A DNA stretch of 32,000 bases from Wigglesworthia glossinidia endosymbiont of Glossina brevipalpis (GTDB lineage: Bacteria; Pseudomonadota; Gammaproteobacteria; Enterobacterales; Enterobacteriaceae), in contig BA000021.3 of the NCBI GenBank assembly GCA_000008885.1, positions 510,001 to 542,000 of the forward strand, in the 5' to 3' direction. The notes below the pieces were generated by a model. The model saw only the letters and a list, made by a program, of their open reading frames with translations. It did no database searches and was not told the origin of the DNA. Shown here piece by piece: positions 29,233 to 32,000 of this stretch (position 1 is the stretch's first letter; each line of letters opens with the position of its first letter). A program made the translations under genes and the position numbers.

Positions 29233-29651
29233 ATGAACATTATATTTAGAAGTTATGCTAGACAATGTGCTTTACAAGCTTTGTATTCATGGCAAATTTC
29301 ACGCAATGACGCAATAGAAATACAAAAATATGTTTTATTGAATAAAAAAAAAAAATAGATATAAAATATTTTAAAAAAATATATTATGGAGTAATTAATA
29401 ATAAAAATCACTTAGATAAATTAATGTCTCCTTATATATTTCGTAAAATAAACCAAATTTGTTGCGTAGAACTATCAGTATTAAGAATAGCATTATTTGA
29501 ATTAAACAATAAACCCATTATTCCATATAAAGTAGCAATAAACGAAGCAATTGAATTAGCCAAAATTTTTGGGGCAGAAAGCAGTCATAAATTTATAAAC
29601 GGAGTTTTAGATGCAGTTGTAGATAATTTAAATTTAAAAATAAAATATTAA
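29233..29651 (+). CDS. nusB: transcription antitermination factor NusB, reading frame interrupted in an A12 tract (genomic frameshift; candidate for slippage rescue, otherwise a pseudogene)
   Basis: ATG 29233 gives [41 protein letters not shown], then TAG at 29356-29358. The frame starting at 29355 continues [28 protein letters not shown]...[30 protein letters not shown] to TAA at 29649-29651. Both halves align colinearly with E. coli NusB (ARECAVQALYSWQLS...; LYFRELLAGV...LMKPYL...[30 protein letters not shown]). The joined length is 139 aa. The ORF track shows only the last 75 aa. Confidence 0.85.
29344..29355 (+). repeat. A12 homopolymer at the nusB frame break
   Basis: Counted directly: aat + 12 A + tag. 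An mRNA with 13 or 10 A would restore the NusB frame. Confidence 0.95.
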
Positions 29652-29664
29652 TTCAATAAATAAA

Positions 29665-30654
29665 ATGATTAATAAATTAAAAAAAATAAAATATAATGAA
29701 TGGAACATAATTAAAAATTTTTTTAAAAAATCTAAAAATATAAATAAAAATGTTGCTGTAGGAATTGGAGACGATTGTGCTGTTTTAAATATTAAAAAAG
29801 ATAGTTTTTTTGTTATTACAACAGATACTTTAGTTTTAAATACTCATTTTTTAGACAGCATAAAACCAAAAGATTTAGGATATAAATCTGCATCAGTGAA
29901 TCTTAGCGATCTTGCTTCAATGGGAGCTGTTCCAAAATGGATACTATTATCTATTACAATTCCAAAATTTAACAAATCATGGATATCATCTTATAGTGAA
30001 GGATTATTTGATAATTTAAATTATTTTAACGTTAAATTAATAGGAGGAGACTTAAATAAAGGTCCATTAAGTATTACTATCACAGCATGTGGAACAATTC
30101 CAAAAAAAAAAATAAAAATGACTCGTTCTGGAGCTAAAATAAATGATTTGATTTATATTACTGGAACTTTAGGAGATAGTGCAGCTGGTCTTGCTATTTT
30201 AATGAAAAATCTTAAAATAAACAATACAAACAGCAAAAAATATTTATTAAAACGTCATTTCAGACCTTCTCCAAGAATAAGAGAAGGTATAATGTTAAGT
30301 AATTTTGCTAATTCAGCATGTGATATATCTGACGGAATTTTAATCGATTTAAAAAAAATACTTTCTTGTAGTAATTGTGGGGCTAATATTTATATAGATA
30401 GAATTCCAATGTCCAATCATTTATTAAATAATGTTGAATATAAAAAAGCAATAAATTTCGCATTAAATGGCGGAGAAGACTATGAATTATGCGTCACTGT
30501 TCCTATAAAAAAATATTACGAATTTAATTCTATGATAAAAAAAAATAAGATTTTTATTACATACATAGGAAATATTTGTTCAAAAAAAGTAGGATTGAAA
30601 TTAATAGGAGATGTTGACATAATAAAAAAATCTGAAGGATATAAACATTTTTAA
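29665..30654 (+). CDS. thiL: thiamine-monophosphate kinase
   Basis: The 329-aa ORF has GIGDDCAVLN, TTDTLVLNTHF, ASVNLSDLASMGA, LIGGDLNKGPLSITITACG, SGAKINDLIYITGTLGDSAAGLAIL, SACDISDGIL and LNGGEDYELC. It is colinear with E. coli ThiL. Confidence 0.92.
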   Translation: MINKLKKIKYNEWNIIKNFFKKSKNINKNVAVGIGDDCAVLNIKKDSFFVITTDTLVLNTHFLDSIKPKDLGYKSASVNLSDLASMGAVPKWILLSITIPKFNKSWISSYSEGLFDNLNYFNVKLIGGDLNKGPLSITITACGTIPKKKIKMTRSGAKINDLIYITGTLGDSAAGLAILMKNLKINNTNSKKYLLKRHFRPSPRIREGIMLSNFANSACDISDGILIDLKKILSCSNCGANIYIDRIPMSNHLLNNVEYKKAINFALNGGEDYELCVTVPIKKYYEFNSMIKKNKIFITYIGNICSKKVGLKLIGDVDIIKKSEGYKHF

Positions 30655-30658
30655 AATT

Positions 30659-31159
30659 ATGAAAAAAAATAGAAAATCTAAATTTTTTATTAATTTATTT
30701 AACCCAATTAATATTATATCTACTTTTTTTGGAATCGGATTAATTCCGTATGTTTCTGGTACATTAGGATCTATTATTTCAATTATAATATGGTATTACT
30801 CAAATAATATTTTTATAAAATATGAATGGATTTTTATCACCTTAGGAGTAATGCTAGGAATTTATTGTTGTGAAAAAACTTCTTTATACATAAAACATCA
30901 TGATCATTATTGTATTATTTTTGATGAAATAGTAGGTATGTGGATAGTTTTGTTAAATTGTTCTATAAATGATTACAAATCTATAATATTAGGATTATTT
31001 TTTTTTAGAATATTTGATATTATAAAGCCTTGGCCAATTAATTGGATTAATAAAAACATTTTAAATGGATTTGGAATAATATTAGATGACTTATTAGCCG
31101 GGATTTATTCGTTAATAATGCTTTTTATTTATAATGCAATATTATTGTTTAATATGTAA
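30659..31159 (+). CDS. pgpA: phosphatidylglycerophosphatase A
   Basis: The 166-aa membrane ORF has FFGIGLIPYVSGTLGS, DHYCIIFDEIVGMW, FRIFDIIKPWPI and GFGIILDDLLAGIYS. The ribD-ribH-nusB-thiL-pgpA order matches E. coli. Confidence 0.88.
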   Translation: MKKNRKSKFFINLFNPINIISTFFGIGLIPYVSGTLGSIISIIIWYYSNNIFIKYEWIFITLGVMLGIYCCEKTSLYIKHHDHYCIIFDEIVGMWIVLLNCSINDYKSIILGLFFFRIFDIIKPWPINWINKNILNGFGIILDDLLAGIYSLIMLFIYNAILLFNM

Positions 31160-31308
31160 ATATAAATTTTTATTTAAAATATTTTATTTAAAAAAAAGAT
31201 TTTAATATATTACATAATAATAAATTTTTATTTTTCTAAAACTCTAAAAAATATTAGATACTATAATTTTATATATTAAAAAATTGAATAATAAAAATTT
31301 TTTATGAT

Positions 31309-31352
31309 AAAATAAAAATAATAATTTAAATTTAAATTATTATTTTTATTTT
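31309..31352. repeat. perfect 44-bp palindrome (22-bp arms, no spacer), A/T only, 43 nt upstream of the ToxR-like ORF
   Basis: The left arm aaaataaaaataataatttaaa (31309-31330) is the exact reverse complement of the right arm tttaaattattatttttatttt (31331-31352). I checked this base by base. Confidence 0.95.
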
Positions 31353-31394
31353 TGAAAAACGGTTACATATAATATATTGAATATGGAGTAGCCG

Positions 31395-32000
31395 ATGAAA
31401 TATATAATTAATTCATTAGTTATTTTTGATACAATTGAATATAATCTAAGCTTATTTAAAAAAAAAAACAAACATATCAAATTATCACATTCTGCTGGAA
31501 GAGTTTTAGAAGAACTTATTAAATTTCATAAAAATTCTTCTCCAATATCAAGGGAATATCTTTTTAAGAATATTTGGATAATACATGGATTACAACCATC
31601 TAATGGAAATTTGAATCAACAAATTAGTTTAATAAGAAAAGGTTTAAAACATCTTGGATTAAACTCTTCAGTTATAGTAACAATTCCAAAAAAAGGTTTA
31701 AAATTAAATGATAAATTAAAGATAAAAAAGTTAGAAAAAAATAATGCAAAAGATTTCATAATAGATGAAATTAGTTCTTCTTTTAAGAAAAGAACTTTAT
31801 TTAATTTATCAAGAATAAATTTTAAATATAAAATTATTTTCTCTTTAATATCTTTTATAATATTATTTATCTTTTTTAGCATGTTTTATTCTTTTAAATA
31901 CAAAAATAACTTAAATCAAAAATTATATTTCTTTGATCAAGTAAATTCTTGCAAGGTATACACATTTCATCCTATTTCTATTTTAGAAAAAAAAGAATAC
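31395..32000 (+). CDS. ToxR/CadC-type membrane-anchored transcriptional regulator: OmpR/PhoB-family winged-helix DNA-binding domain, then a single TM segment, then a periplasmic part (3' partial, runs off the window)
   Basis: This ORF is not in the ORF track because it has no stop in the window. ATG 31395 is preceded by GGAG at 31385-31388 and by an in-frame TAG at 31389-31391. It is open for 202 codons to nt 32000. The translation ...KLSHSAGRVLEELIKFHKNSSPISREYLFKNIWIIHGLQPSNGNLNQQISLIRKGLKHLGLNSSVIVTIPKKGLKL... matches the CadC pattern LSRDELIDNVW...VTQSISELRKSL...IATVPKRGYKL. The hydrophobic segment KIIFSLISFIILFIFFSMFY spans nt 31830-31889. Confidence 0.7.
   Translation, partial: MKYIINSLVIFDTIEYNLSLFKKKNKHIKLSHSAGRVLEELIKFHKNSSPISREYLFKNIWIIHGLQPSNGNLNQQISLIRKGLKHLGLNSSVIVTIPKKGLKLNDKLKIKKLEKNNAKDFIIDEISSSFKKRTLFNLSRINFKYKIIFSLISFIILFIFFSMFYSFKYKNNLNQKLYFFDQVNSCKVYTFHPISILEKKEY

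Noticed and set aside
29424-29426. ATG at 29424 as the nusB start (75-aa ORF in the track)
   Set aside because: This would remove the conserved N-terminal half of NusB. That half is present upstream, partly in the same frame from 29355 and partly in the adjacent frame from ATG 29233. The gene is frameshifted in the A12 tract rather than shortened.
31616-31882. 88-aa minus-strand ORF listed in the track
   Set aside because: It is an antisense shadow of the much longer plus-strand ToxR/CadC-like ORF (31395 to beyond 32000), which has a recognisable domain signature and an SD. The minus ORF is F/L/I/K-rich, as expected from reading Lys/Asn/Ile-rich codons backwards.
1-32000. tRNA genes, rRNA, CRISPR arrays, IS elements, integrases, and toxin-antitoxin or defence systems
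   Set aside because: The only G+C-rich, structured segment is rnpB. There are no spaced direct repeats, no transposase- or integrase-like ORFs, and no unexplained ORFs apart from the ToxR-like gene. Every spacer of 100 bp or more is low-complexity A/T.
1-32000. Replication origin or DnaA boxes (for example ttatccaac at about 3309, ttatccaaa at about 6744, and ttatccatt and ttatccatg on the minus strand at about 28090 and 28025)
   Set aside because: These are isolated imperfect 9-mers inside coding regions. There is no cluster, no adjacent AT-rich 13-mers in an intergenic context, and no dnaA, gidA or mioC neighbourhood.

Overview
This window is extremely A+T-rich (roughly 20% G+C by eye), gene-dense and has small spacers. 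Its gene order is a mosaic of short Escherichia coli-type syntenic blocks. This is the signature of a reduced genome from an obligate insect endosymbiont of the Enterobacterales. The content resembles a B-vitamin-provisioning symbiont such as Wigglesworthia, but that assignment is inference and needs BLAST. I support 28 protein genes: recJ (5' partial), prfB, lysS, yhgN, asd, ubiG, gyrA, lnt, ybeY, panC, panB, rsmI, dolP/yraP, bioA, bioB, bioF, bioC, bioD, lptG, lptF, pepA, valS, pyrB, ribD, ribH, nusB, thiL and pgpA. There is also one RNA gene, RNase P RNA (rnpB, minus strand), and one ORF that is missing from the supplied track because it runs off the 3' edge. I see no tRNA, rRNA, CRISPR array, IS or phage element, or defence or secretion island, so most of the window is ordinary housekeeping and cofactor DNA. 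Six observations deserve a second look. (1) The unlisted ORF at 31395-32000 encodes a ToxR/CadC-type membrane-anchored regulator and is preceded by a perfect 44-bp palindrome. (2) nusB is split by a frameshift inside an A12 tract and may be rescued by polymerase slippage. (3) prfB keeps a +1 programmed frameshift, but with UAA instead of UGA and no upstream Shine-Dalgarno-like stimulator. (4) Regulatory or accessory partners have been cleanly lost at conserved junctions (pyrI, holC, corC, lpoA-yraN-diaA). (5) valS and gyrA lack their C-terminal coiled coil and acidic tail respectively. (6) A/T-only palindromes recur at gene 3' ends.
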